From NCBI GenBank assembly GCA_008632985.1, contig QPGO01000001.1, forward strand, positions 466,404 through 530,403: 64,000 nucleotides of DNA, in the 5' to 3' direction. A model generated the notes under the pieces. The model had not been told where the DNA came from, did no database searches, and was given only the letters and a program-made list of their open reading frames with translations. Origin of the DNA: Psammoneis japonica. Taxonomy: Eukaryota. Positions 1-12,419 of this stretch are shown piece after piece. The number at the start of each line of letters is the position of its first letter. Within the stretch, counting starts at the first letter, position 1. The position numbers were made by a program, and so were the translations under genes.

Positions 1-620
1 ATCCCGTGTGCATGTGGACCATGCATGGCCAAGCTTCGACTTCCGTGGACTCCTGGAGTTCCTCCCGAAGAGCAACCAATGCACGCGGCAACGACAGACT
101 GCCACTGCTGTGCCCTCTTTGGGTCTCTCAATGACTGGCGAATTGTTGCCTTGGTGGACGGTGAGGATCATGATGCGGAAGAGGACGAGGTGGTGAAGTC
201 AAGTGTTCTCGCCGGCATGACGGAGACAATGGCGGACCTGATTCACCCTGGCGGATGCGGGGCGGTCTCGACAGATGATCCCACCACTGATGGTTGCTGT
301 GTTCTGCAATGGAAGGGTGAGCCTTTTACAGTTCAGGAGGATCGTGATGGAGTTCGAAAAGGAGATCTTGCAGTTGAGGGGGTTCACCTGACCCCAGTTC
401 CATGAGCCAAGCGTTGGTGCACAATGCCTCCTGCACAAGAGGAAAAAGGGCAAACAACAACGGTGAGACTCCAGTGTGTTGTAGCAGGAAAAATGGGTCC
501 ATTGCGAGAGGATGACGATGGCACAACAAGGCTCCCACGAAGTTGTGATCGAACACGTGCTAGACGACTCGGTGCAAGACACATGAGCAAACGAGATCAA
601 GAGACAATCTCAGATGAAAT
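1..620 (+). pseudogene. Degenerate 3' part of a probable transposon-associated ORF (family not identified)
   Basis: One frame runs through 25-405, a TGA, then 424 onward. Motifs such as DGCCVLQWKGEPFTVQED, VEGVHLTPVP and KRWCT read as an ordinary protein only if C/H are restored to Y. An acidic tail follows. Confidence 0.4.
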
Positions 621-840
621 TTCGCTCCGGGAAGTGATCGACTGTGAAGAGGCAGACAATGAAGATGATGATGACAACAGTGACTCCAACCATGACGAGG
701 AGGAGGGCATCAGCATCGCGGAGAATCTCAGCCTGTCTAGCAGCACCGGTGACTCCGAAAGCGAGGAGTCCGACCATGACCAACAATTTAGAAGCAACTG
801 TTGCAACCTTCACATTCTGCAATGAACTTGAAATAGAAAG

Positions 841-1437
841 AGCACAAGCAATGAATGGAAGAGAACAAGCAAATGCTCAACGACAATTCTTACCCGTAGG
901 CACCGCGGATGGAACATGCTGAGAACCGACGGGTGAGAATAGACCAAGCCTGTCAAAACCGCCAAACGCCCCTGAGTGCACCACCCACACACTGTTTTGG
1001 CATTCCTGCACAAACCAAGGACAGCACAAGCAATTGTGGGAGAGTAAAAGCAAACACTCAACGACTGTTCTTACCCGTAGGAACCGCGGATGGAACATGC
1101 TGAGAACCGACGGGTGAGAATAGATCAAGCCTGTCAAAACCGCCAAAAGCCCCTGAGTGTAAAACCTGCAAACTGTTTTGGCATTCCTGCACAAGCCAAG
1201 GACAGCATGAGCAATGAATGGAAGAGAACAAGCAAATACTCAACGACTGTTCTTACCCGTAGGCACCGCGGATGGAACATGCTGAGAACCGACGGGTGAG
1301 AATGGGTCGAGCCCATCAAAACCGCCAAACGCCCCTGAATGTGCCACCTGCACACTGTTTTGGCATTCCTGTGTAAACCAAGGACAGCACAAGCAATGAA
1401 TGGAATAGCAAAAGCAAATGCTCAACGACTGTTCTTA
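841..1437. repeat. Tandem repeat, ~181-182 bp unit, ~3.3 copies
   Basis: CCGCGGATGGAACATGCTGAGAACCGACGGGTGAGAAT recurs at ~903, ~1084 and ~1266. Unit starts are at ~841, ~1023, ~1205 and ~1387. Confidence 0.95.
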
Positions 1438-1909
1438 CTTTTTGCATCGATGGCATGAAACAGAAAACAGAAGAAAACAGAAGTGAGAAATAGAGCCCAT
1501 CAACTGATGCAACTGTGGAGGATGAACCGTGGCGAACGCAGCACTACATACAGTCCTTACAACAAAATAACATGAGGCGCCGACTAAAAGTGCATCAATC
1601 ACTGCAAAAGGGGTGTCATCGGGACCTTCCGTCCCATGGCAAGGCTGTGCTTTGTACATGTGGTTGTGGGATTCTTCAAGAGAAAAACGAAAACGATCCT
1701 TCGGCGGCATCTAGTGCGCTTACATGTTGTATGTTAATCTACAAACTATATAATCATTCACATATTAGGGAACTGAGAACAAGCATTAACGGTTTTTAAT
1801 TTTCATGTCCATTCTTTCAAAGAAAGATAAAAACGACTCGATCAAAAGAAAGCCGTTGACTTACGATGCAACTTGGGCAACGAAAAAGTGGCAATGCAAC
1901 GAAACGGAC

Positions 1910-1952
1910 TGTTTTGCAACACTAACGTGACTCTTGTTAGTGTTGCAAAACA
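1910..1952. repeat. Perfect 17-bp inverted repeat (hairpin, 9-nt loop)
   Basis: TGTTTTGCAACACTAAC (1910-1926), then GTGACTCTT, then GTTAGTGTTGCAAAACA (1936-1952). Confidence 0.9.
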
Positions 1953-2127
1953 TGTTCGTAAATTGGAGACCACGGGAAAACAGGGCGTCCGCCCAGACGG
2001 TGCGCAATTTTACCTTGTTTTCCGTTGAACAGTATGTAACATTTTAGAGAAGAATATATATATTCAACGGTCGGCTATCGCAAAAATTTGCGCGCGCTTT
2101 TGCTCGGACGTCGACGTGCCGCGCAGT

Positions 2128-2503
2128 TCTTTTTTACCGGATCGCCAAAACGCGTGCCGTTCGAGCAGTTTTTTTTTACCGGACGGTAAAAAAATAGCAT
2201 TCTTTTTTACCGGACGGTAACGGAGACGTTAAACTTTTGCCGTTGACGCAATTCAAAACCGTCTCCGGTTTCAGCATGAGAATCGACGGACGTTTTCCAT
2301 GCTGACGTTTGTCTTTGAGCTTTCCACATCCTCCGCCAAGCATCCGATCATACGAAGCCCTAAGGGAAGAAAGAAGGACTCAGTATAGGCCATGGTGTTT
2401 TTTTTTATGGCATCAGAGAGCGATCGCTGATGCTGTGTGCGAACAGTGTTTTTACCGGACGACGCAAAGTTGAGCCGTTCAAGCTGTTTTTTTTTTACCG
2501 CAC
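2128..2503. repeat. Cluster of five T(n)ACCG(G/C)A motifs, one forming a palindrome; probable transposon subterminal or regulatory repeats
   Basis: TTTTTACCG occurs at ~2131, ~2173, ~2204, ~2449 and ~2492. TTTTTTTACCG-GA-CGGTAAAAAAA is an inverted repeat. The segment is CpG-rich and retains TpA. Confidence 0.7.
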
Positions 2504-3893
2504 GACTCAACGTCAAGCCGTTCTCGCCAATGTCATTTAGCGAAATCGCCAACACAAACTTTTTTAGCGATCACAATTGTTGCCCACACACAAATTCTGC
2601 GTGAGCCCTTTGAAATGCATTTGACAACTTCTTTTCACAAATGTCCGAAGAACAACAGCCATTCAATTTTCCCGTGCTCTCTTGACAAAAATGTTGTTTT
2701 GGACTCGAAAGTTTGTTTGCAAGTTAGCGACCACGTGAAAATGTGGCTCTGCGTGGAAAATGTCATTTTTGTGCACGATTTCATTCACGCGCGGCTGGAA
2801 CACGTCTTGGGTTGCATCCACAAAGTCTTCTTCACCTCCTCCACGAAGCCGCAAGACCAAATTGGCGTGATCTTGTGTTGTTGGGTCAGAGCAGAGTCAC
2901 TGTGCATGGGTTGATCTGGATCCCAGCAAGCTGGTTCTTGATTTTGCAGTTTCTGTCTTCCAGGTGCACAAATCCATGGGGTTTTGTGTTCTTGCAATTT
3001 GCCAGGTCAGGTGGTGATGTCTCCAATGCCAGCACCAAGAAGCTCTTGATGAAGAGCCATGAGCCAGGATTGTTTGGGCTGCAGCTCCTGCTGGTGAAAT
3101 TTGTCCAACACCTGCAGATGAGAAAGAAATTGCAGTGTGAATGAAACCTGGCATTTTTGCAGAAGGCCCCACTTCACCACATCATGTCTTTGCATGGTTC
3201 ATTGGTTGAGACACACACAATGATTTCCTGCAGCGAAGTCAATGTGCCATCGCGGCACAACTGTGCAAAGCGCTCACAGATTTGTGTTGATTCCACAACA
3301 AATGAAAACCAGTTGTTGTTCAGCAACTGCTGCAATTTTGTGCAAGTGGGTGTTGGTGATGGTGGTGTCATCAAATCATCATCGTTGCTTTTGTCGTTTG
3401 GCTCATTTGGATGCCACCCCCATGGCAACAACAAAGGATGCGGCACCCAAATCCATTGGACTGCATCCCCACCCCTCAGTCTTGACAAATTGTCTTGGAA
3501 AGACATGAAAGTCGACTGCCAAAACAGCAACAATGGTCAACAACAGAACACATGATCGACACACCGTCACAGCATCATGCTTGACTGCATCTGCAGCAGC
3601 AGCAACAGCAACAGCGACAGCATCCTTTGACTGTGGCTGCTCTGTTTGTCTTTGTTCATGAGTCGTTGACACTGTCGTTCTCTTTTTCTTCTCGACAACT
3701 GCCACAAACCAACCAATCAGGACTTGGGAACTGCAGCAGGCAACACCCGCAGGACACAACATGCAGCTTTGACAGAGAATCATGGGAGCTCCAAAAGCTG
3801 CAGCTTCCAGCAGGATGGAATGCCAAAAGTGCAAAGAAGTGGAGGATGATTGTGCTGCAATGGACACACTTGAGATGACAAAACCACAATCCA

Positions 3894-5584
3894 ATGGCCG
3901 GAGTTGAACAAACCAACAACAATTCTTGTGGTGTCATTCCTTCATGGCCCGTTGCAAAGTCTTGTTTTTGTTCCTTCCAAGAAGATGACGATGGAGTCAT
4001 TGACGACGACATGACGTCGACCCAAAGTTCCTTGTTTTTGTTCAGTTTCAAGTGGAGGAGGCAGACAAGTGTGGGGGCAGATGATTCAACTCTACGTGCA
4101 TGCAAAGTGTTGGCTGGCAAGGGCACCATCATGGTGAAAGTCTCGACAACCATTTCTTGTAGAATTCGGGATGTTGTCCCAGTTTCTGACTTGCATTTCA
4201 ACTGCCGGCACACACAAACAAAGATGGATGCTGCGTTCGAAGCTGTGGAGCAGATCGCGAATCGCTTGCACTTTCTCAAAGGGATCCCTCTTTTCCATGC
4301 GAGGGTTGTTGATGGGTTGATGAAAGCTCTTTCAGACGAGCACATGTGAACTACATTGCTGGCTAACCGCGAGCTTCCTCCGGACGCAAAATTCAATGAA
4401 ATGCCAAAGTCTTTGCTGAAAGCAATCAACCACCGGAGCCATCAAGATGTTTTTGTTGCCGTTTGAACCCTTGCAGCAGGAGGGAACATTCGGGATTTTC
4501 ATTTGAACACGAACATGAATTTAGCGGACGTTGCTCAGCCCATCGTCAAGGTGAACGACTGTCTCACCCTGTTGGTGCACTCAGGTGCTGCACCCGTGAC
4601 GCAAGAAGCAACGTTGGATGGAACGGGTGTGCAGACGATGTTTCGACCCACCAGCACCCATCACCAACAACCTTTGTTCCAAGCACTGGTGAACGACACG
4701 ATGGGCTGCCTGATGACGATGAGGACTCTAGATGACATGTGCGGTTCTGGGGCGAGACTCGTCGAAGATTTCATGCTCACGCTGCCGAAGTCTGGCATGG
4801 CATCGATTGCATCTTGGGCGGAAAAAGAACCGCATTCTCGGGTTGCAATTTCAAGGACACGTGGTCGGCCGTCTGTCGGATTTATTGACGTGTTCCAGCT
4901 CTGGGTGGGACCTCACACTGCTGAACTGTGACACAATTATTTTTTGTCATCCGTCGCATGTTTCGCATGTGCATTTCTGCGTGTTCTGTCATAAAAAATT
5001 GTTCCACACTGCCTGTTTTGCAAAGCCAAAGGCTTTCTGTTATCTGCACTTGTGTCAATGCAAATGCACTGGGCACATTCTTTGATGTCTAAAGAACACA
5101 CCCGGGCATGCTGTAAAGAATGCACTTCAAGTGTGGAGGAGGAGATACGTTCGCAAAATTGCCTCTTTTTCTGTTGGCGATCATTCACATGTCCATTGCT
5201 TGACAATTTTACTGCGGAGCTCGCACGCAGAATTCTACGGGCCCAATGTCACAAAAAGTCCCACCTGGGGCTGGAACCCATCTGTTGTTGAATGTTGCGC
5301 AAGAAGAGCCGCTGCCAGAATCTGGTCGAACTGATGTTGCTCTTTCGAATGATCATGTTCTTGTTGTGCTGGAACTTAAGCAAAAACCAGAGGCCCATCC
5401 GCGCGCACCTTCGAAGATGCGAGAGCACCACGAACAGCTTAAATCGTGTGTCGCTGAACACGCTCAAATGGAAAAGGGAAAAGGAAATCCAAGACTCGTT
5501 GCGGGCTTTGTGGTTGCCATGTATGACAGTGGCACCAAGCTCCAAATCGAACGGACTGCATGCGTTTGCTCTCAATTGGTTTGA
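3894..5584 (+). pseudogene. Degenerate AAA-ATPase-like / PD-(D/E)XK nuclease gene
   Basis: The C-terminal ORF 5246-5584 carries GRTDVAL...VVLELKQK...HEQLKSC, the GR.D...E.K...Q...Y pattern of PD-(D/E)XK domains. Upstream, LTLLVHSGA resembles the LL.YSG/TGY motif of the associated AAA-like region. Stops and frameshifts break the gene. Confidence 0.5.
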
Positions 5585-6239
5585 ATTAATTCTACCTTTT
5601 CTATCTAGCATTTTTACATGCGATAATTTTCGTTTTTGTTTGTTCGTTTTTTTCATCAAAAGATGACCTTTTTAAGCATGACGACGTAAAAAAGCTGAGC
5701 ACCCCACTGCACTGCGCTAAATTACCTGGAAGACACCGGAATTTCGTTCCACGAATGGAATTTCAGTCGCGCAGCCAGGCGAACCGCGTTAAGGAAGACA
5801 CGATTTATGGACCGGGACTCGCATTGCCGTTTGCTGGTAAACAACCGTTGTTAACGAAGCGACAAAAGGTGTGTTGTTAGAGATGATGTTCCTGGAGTGC
5901 ACTCTAAGAGTAGAAAAAAAGTGCACCAAGTGCACTGAGTGCACTGAGCAAAACTCTAAAAAATGCACAGAGTGACAATGTGGCAGAACCATTTTCCATC
6001 GGCTGTTCATCATCATCATTTGTGACGAAATGACTGTGATTGACGTTTCCATTGTCAAAAGTTTGTGAGACAAAACAATGAAATGAATCACGCGAAGAAT
6101 TAAAAATTCAAATTCAGCGGATGTTTGACCTTCATAGATGGATTTGACACAGCATGGAGCAAAGTGATGTCACCTCGCGAACACAGTTGGCCATGTTGGA
6201 CAACAACAACACCGACAATGGCGACAATGGCGGGGTTCC

Positions 6240-9200
6240 CAATTGACGCCCACGAAACCCCCTGCCAAAAGAGCAAGAGTGGAGACTCGAGACCTTGCCA
6301 TTCTTACGAGTGAGGAAGTGCAAGCAAAGAGATTGAGCAAGAAGACATGCTGCAATTGCACCTTGGGGTCAACTTGCCAAACACGCACTTGTTCATGCCA
6401 CAAACATGACCAACCGTGTGCCAACTGTGTTTGCTTCCACAAATGTGAGAACAAGGAAGGGCTCCCAACTTGCAGCACAAGCAACAGGAATTTGGACAAG
6501 AAGCCACAGAAACTTCCAACCTCCCCGGAAACCAGTCCACTTCAACTGAAAATTTGTCAATTCATCAACGACACTCCCTGATGCCGCCGACAAACAAAGC
6601 AAAAACAAGGCCAACACCAAAGCCAACAAAGAAAACATTGCACCCAATGATCAAGTGACGGATGCTGATGAGGGTGGAAATGATGAGGAGGTTGACACTG
6701 CCACAAGGGACAGTGCGCAGTTGGAAGACAGACAGGGCTTGGAGGGAGCTGCCGTTCCGTCAATTGACGACACCAATGACACACCCAACGACTTCAACTC
6801 AGATGCAGAACGGATCATCTGTGAGACACATGGCAAGACATGTCACCTCAGCAACGGCACTGAACTGGATGGTGGAACATTGGACAACAAGATGTGGCAA
6901 GAGCATTGGCGCCAGCCAATGCCCTGCCCACCGCAATGATGCAACACACCAAATGGATCAGTCGGCGAACGATTCATCACGACATTGGCAGAGCTGCGAG
7001 ATGGAGTCACGAGGCAGAAGTGGAACTCAGAAAGATTCACAGCACATCAGTCAGTTGTTTTGCAGTGGGATTGCAGTGAAACTTTGCTCAGCACGCGCAT
7101 GGACGATTGGGATGCAGGCAAGCACAAAATGCTGGTCCAGTCAATGGAACGGCTGCTTGAAGCTAACCTGAAGACCATCCAAGGGGAGGAGACGCCTGTG
7201 CAGCACGCCAAGACATTCAATGGAATGGTGCTCCGAGGGAACCTGCGTGGAGCAGTTGGGCACATCTCCGAATGCGAGAAAGGTGGAATCCTCTCACCGG
7301 ATGATTTCAACAAAAAAACCAACGACTCAGTGTTTGAGGCATTTCAGAAGAAACATCCAGACAAGAGGATCCCGGACGAAGACCATTTTCATAAGTTTGG
7401 TGAGTTGCCTGAGCCTCAGGACATGCTCATCACCGATGGAACCATCAAGACCGTCGCGCGCAGACTGTCCAGAGGTGCAGGACTTGGCAGATCTGATGCT
7501 GACACAGCATCAAAATGGCTTCTCTGTCACGGAAAGGCCAGTGGGTTGCTCAGAGAAACGACTTGTCGCACTGGACAAAAACCCGGGCGTGCGTCCGGTT
7601 GGCACAGGGGAGGCATGGCAACAAGCCACAGTCAAAGCTGTTCTCCCAGCTGCTGGAGCAGAAGCCAAGGAAGCTTGTGGGACAGACCAGCCATGTGCTG
7701 GACTAGAAGCAGGCATCGAGGGCACCGTTCATGCAATGAGCATGCTCTGGGAGCAACACAAATTCGAAGACGACTGCGGATTTCTTTTTGTCGATGCCTC
7801 CAATGGATTCAACAAAGAGAACAGGATCTTGATGCCACACAATGCAAGGCACCTTTGGCCATCCGGTGCAAGGTTCACCTTCAATGGCTGCAAGCACTGG
7901 AGCATCCTGATCATCCGTGGAATCTTTGGAACCACCTTCATTTTGCTCAGCAAAGAAGGCATGATGCAGGGCGATCCACTGGGTGTGGTGGCATGTGGAA
8001 TGGGACTTCTTCCACCAGTCCATGAGATGAATGACCGTTTCAAAGACGCACTCACCCCTTGGCATGCCAACGACTCCTCAGCAGCAGCCGGGAAATTCAA
8101 TGTCCTGCAGGACTTCTTCCTCACTCTCCGAGCCGAAGGCCCCAAACACGGGTGCTGCTCTGCCGACAACTCCAAGAACATCCCAGCAGTCCCAGAACGC
8201 AACCTGGAAAATGCCAGAGCATGCTTTGGAGACCTGGGCTTTACTGTCAAGTCTGGCAGCCGTTGCCTCAGAGGCTTCGTCGGTGAGACGGACGCACGTG
8301 ACCGTTGGCCAGCTGAAAAAGCCAAGTCGTGGACCTCGGTCGTCCAAGGACTCGCCAAGATTGTGATTCACCAACCTCAGACCGCCCATGCCAGTCTGCA
8401 GAAATCCCCACAACACCAACGGCAATGTGTCCAATGGGTGGTGAAGGACTGTGGCGAATCGTTTGCCGACGTAGAATGCACAATGCAGCGCAACTTTCTG
8501 CCAGCACTGACAGGCGAGACCTTGGCCGACGATGATCCAAGAACAGCCCCATCCGTCCTCCCAATCAAATTTTTGGGACTGTCCATCCCTCATCCAACTG
8601 AGTCCACAGCCCACAACTGTGAAGCAAGTGCTCTCACGTGCTCCCACGTGATCGACTCACTCCGCGGCCGCTCCCAGTTCTCCCCTGCAGTCCACAAGGA
8701 CACCATGCACAAAGTGAAGCAGGAAGCAGCCAATGGAAAAGTAAAAGTGCATGGGGAGACCCTAAAAATGATCATCAGGACCCCACCCAACCTTCAGGCC
8801 AGAGCTGTCAAGCGCAGCACCAAGACTGGAGCGTGGCTGTCAGCGTGCCCTTCGTCACTGAATGGCACGGAACTCTCTAGCCAAGAGTTCCGTGATGCAC
8901 TCTGTCTGCAACATGGTGGTGCTCCACCCAACCTCCCAAAGTGCTGTGATGCATGTGGATGCAAGTTCTCTGTGAATCACTTTCTTCAGTGCAAGGAGGG
9001 CGGCCCAGTCATCTCACGACATGATGAAGCACGTGACAACCCAGGTGACCCAATGGGCAAGGCTTACAAACCTTCCTCCTGCGTGTGCAACGAACCTCCA
9101 ATCAAACCCACTGGTTGCAGCGCAGGAAGCTCAAGCACCCCCAATGGTTCCCCAGGAAACACCTCCTCCAACAAGTCCAAGGATGGCGATCGTGGAGACC

Positions 9201-9850
9201 TTCTCGGCATGAGATTTTGGGATGGAAGGACAGACATGGTGACGGATGTTCGCATCCCCGACACGGGCGTGAAGTCACACCTGTCCAAAACACCAGAAGA
9301 AGTCCTGGCAAGCCACGAACGTGAAAAGAAGCGCAAGCACCTCCAGCCATGTCTGGAACAACGCCGTCACTTCGCACCATTCGTTGTGTCATGCGACGGG
9401 CTTCTCGGCAAAGAAGCCAAGGCGATGCTCTCCGCAAGACAGCATCGAAACTTTCAGAAAAGTGGCAAAAGCCACATTCTGAAGCATGCGGCTGCATCAA
9501 TGCAAGAGTGAGCATCACCACAGCCAGGGCAACCCACCGTCGCCTCAGGGGATCCCGCATTCCCGCCTCTCAGACAGCTCCTGGCGACCCCAGTGGGGGA
9601 AGATGGCGCAGGTCTGTCCCTTTGCAGACACTAAACGAACCCGATGCAATCGACCCCCACCTATCCAGACCATTAACCAACCGACAGTCCACAGAGATTA
9701 CTAACACCACGCCTAGAAGACAACAAACACCCATCATCATGCTGAACACGGCGCCAGAATCAGTTCAAAATTCGCGCGCACTGCCTGTGTACGAAATTGC
9801 GCGTGTCAACCACCCCTTACTCGTACGATTGCATTATGATAACTAAATAA
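6240..9850 (+). mobile_element. Non-LTR retrotransposon, CRE-like (RT + Zn knuckle + restriction-like endonuclease), degenerate
   Basis: Cys-rich N-terminus (6243 ORF). RT motifs GVRPVGTGE, FVDASNGFN, EGMMQGDPLG and WHAND (expected WYADD). C-X2-C...H...C knuckle followed by RHD. RLE motifs RGDL...DVRI...EREKKRKH...PFVVSCDG. There are several frameshifts, and the boundaries are approximate. Confidence 0.88.
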
Positions 9851-10047
9851 TACAATATCCATTTTCTTATTTTGCATCCTAAAGCTTGTAAACATCATAA
9901 AACAAAAAAAGTATACAGATTAGAATAGATCGTTACAAATTGAAAATTTTGAAAGGATCGCGTTGAAGCCTTTGATCGACATGACAATCGGCAAGTCCAC
10001 CGCCTTGATCAGCTCCATCATCTTTTTGTCGCCGATCCAACGCGTCC

Positions 10048-12225
10048 ATGATGTTTGTTGTACGTTTCATCAAAAGGTTGATTGAGACGTTTACCCAGTT
10101 GCAGTATAGCACGCTTTGCTCATCAATCCGTTTTCTTCTTTTGTCTGTTATGATAAAAATCCAGGATAAACATTTGCCTCCAGCTCTGCACGCCGGGGGC
10201 AGGTTTCCATTGGCGTGCACAACTATTGCTTCAGTGGTCTTGCATGCTCCTGGATTATCGGCCAAGATTCGTTACAGTGACGGCCTTTTTTCGGTACTGA
10301 GTGCCTTGGCTGGAGCTGTCACGGAAGGGTTCTTGTTTTTCCTGTTGCTCAGCAAGGCTGCATCCTTGTGCATTCCCAGCACCTTTGAGACGAGAACGAA
10401 AGGCATTGGAAATGCCATTCGAGACCTTGCACGAGTTCATTGGCAAGAAGGCTTGTGGTCCTTCACGACAATGAAGCTTTTGTTTGCGTTGGCACTCGTA
10501 TCCATTTTGTTGGTGAGCTTTGTGGTGTTTTCGGTGGCAGACTACACGTTTCAATCAATGTCGGGAGGAGTATCTCCGACCATGTGGGTAGTTGTAGAGG
10601 GTATTCAACACGCTGCTGAGCATGCCGAGGCACAGTTTGCAAGAGATGGATCCATGATGACACGCATTCTTCAGACAACTGTCTGTTTGGTCCTTTCTAT
10701 ACTAATCTATGCTGCTGGTCAGATCTACTGTTATGAGACAGACCATAGCTTTTGGGGACTGCGGTATCAGCATTTAGCACGAGCGACAAAGACGGCAGTT
10801 GTCTTTTATGGCGCTGGAGCTTGGTCACCCGTGCTTCACGCATACTTGTGCTTTTATGGAAGCTTTGTGTTCGTTCCAGATGGTTTCAATACTGAATTTG
10901 CAAGTGGAGCCGTGATAAAGAACCTTGATCGAACCGTCAAACGTCCTAATGTCATTTTGTTGATTCACGAGTCACTCTCGGGAGCATATGCTCGTGATGT
11001 ACATGGCAAGAAAGCCTTTCGCTTTCTACAAGAACAAATTCAACACAACGATGACTTTTTCTGGTTTGTGAATTCACGATCCGTCTCGGGAGATACCGCC
11101 GATGCCTTGACGGCCATTACTACAGGCTGTCTTGCCATAACAGACAACGGAAGGGAAAAGTCATATGGCAGGTCAATCGCTACTGAGTTTAAGCGACAAG
11201 GCTATCGAACAGGATCCTTCTCGTCCAGAACAATAGACTTTGCAAAAACCAAATGGTTTATGCTTCAAAATTTTCTGACCCGGAACTTTGATGTTGTATA
11301 TGACCCCCTGAGACAGAACTTACCAAAGACAAATGAAAGAGGAGCGGATGATCGACTCTTTGTTCCATACTTCAAGGAGTGGGTTACGAATCAAACGGAT
11401 GACGATGACGAGTCGCCATTTTTTGCACAGTTCTATCAGTTTAACACGCATTGGCCATTTGTACAAGACAAGAACTCATCAGCTGCCCATCGTTATTATT
11501 CGTCCATGGAAACCGTCGATGGAAATTTGCGTGACATCTTTCAATTTCTCAACAAGACCGGTAAGCTAAACAATACTGTGATTATCGGAAGTGGCGATCA
11601 CGGGGAGCATTTGGCATGGCGGAAATACATTCGTCTTGGGAATTTCAAATCGCAAATTTTGAATCCTTTGACCTATATGTACGTGCCAAAGCAGTTGTTC
11701 TCGACAAAGGAAGCAAGGGAAATTCTAAAGGAAAATCAGAACCGCACGATATCAACCTTGGATCTCTATCCTACCATTCAGCACATTCTGTATGGAGGTG
11801 AATCGAAGATCACTTCGCAAGTGAGAAGAAAAAGCATGGCTGTTAATGTAGAAGAAGAACTGGAAGACTGCGTATCGGGACAAGACTTGATGAGCACCCG
11901 AATACCAGAGGATCGAGTGACTATATCGTGGAATACTTTTTCCAACCCCGAAGGAAGATCCAGTGACTTAACATTGGCGGCCATATCTAATGCTGAGGAA
12001 GCCCTATATTACAAGAAAAAGGGACAAAATGACAAGTTGAGACTCTTACTTTACGGCAATTGCAAAATCGGCTCTGGTGTACCCTGTGCTACATCACTGA
12101 CGGAAGAGGATCGTGACAAGTGGAAGAAGATCATTAACAGCATGTACAATTCGTCTTTTGTGAGCAAGTCTCTGATGCAGTCAAACTTTGTCAAGTACTT
12201 TCGTGATCAGCTTAAAATGATATGA
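10048..12225 (+). CDS. Membrane-anchored sulfatase/alkaline phosphatase superfamily protein (LTA synthase/phosphoethanolamine transferase-like)
   Basis: Intact 725-aa ORF with several N-terminal TM segments. Metal-binding motifs are PNVILLIHESLS, SGDT (Thr nucleophile), NTHWPF and GSGDHGE. Tyr and TpA content are normal. Confidence 0.85.
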   Translation: MMFVVRFIKRLIETFTQLQYSTLCSSIRFLLLSVMIKIQDKHLPPALHAGGRFPLACTTIASVVLHAPGLSAKIRYSDGLFSVLSALAGAVTEGFLFFLLLSKAASLCIPSTFETRTKGIGNAIRDLARVHWQEGLWSFTTMKLLFALALVSILLVSFVVFSVADYTFQSMSGGVSPTMWVVVEGIQHAAEHAEAQFARDGSMMTRILQTTVCLVLSILIYAAGQIYCYETDHSFWGLRYQHLARATKTAVVFYGAGAWSPVLHAYLCFYGSFVFVPDGFNTEFASGAVIKNLDRTVKRPNVILLIHESLSGAYARDVHGKKAFRFLQEQIQHNDDFFWFVNSRSVSGDTADALTAITTGCLAITDNGREKSYGRSIATEFKRQGYRTGSFSSRTIDFAKTKWFMLQNFLTRNFDVVYDPLRQNLPKTNERGADDRLFVPYFKEWVTNQTDDDDESPFFAQFYQFNTHWPFVQDKNSSAAHRYYSSMETVDGNLRDIFQFLNKTGKLNNTVIIGSGDHGEHLAWRKYIRLGNFKSQILNPLTYMYVPKQLFSTKEAREILKENQNRTISTLDLYPTIQHILYGGESKITSQVRRKSMAVNVEEELEDCVSGQDLMSTRIPEDRVTISWNTFSNPEGRSSDLTLAAISNAEEALYYKKKGQNDKLRLLLYGNCKIGSGVPCATSLTEEDRDKWKKIINSMYNSSFVSKSLMQSNFVKYFRDQLKMI

Positions 12226-12419
12226 CTCACGAGATATATTCGCAAGCAAGTGAAAGTGACATTTATCTCAATACGCATAACTATCAAAATTTTTAACATA
12301 CAAAATCACGTCAGAAACAATGCCCAGCTGGTTTCGCAGTGATTTGTCAAACACATGTTAGAGGCTAGCACATCGCTCCAAAAGGTAACTTCAAGTTAAC
12401 CAACAAACTCATTTACAAG

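Noticed and set aside
841..1437. Regularly spaced repeats as a CRISPR array
   Set aside because: The whole ~182-bp unit is repeated, there are no unique spacers or cas genes, and the context is eukaryotic.
2663..2860. Ubiquitin gene
   Set aside because: Only the LVLRLRGG terminus matches; the upstream sequence is not ubiquitin-like and contains a stop.
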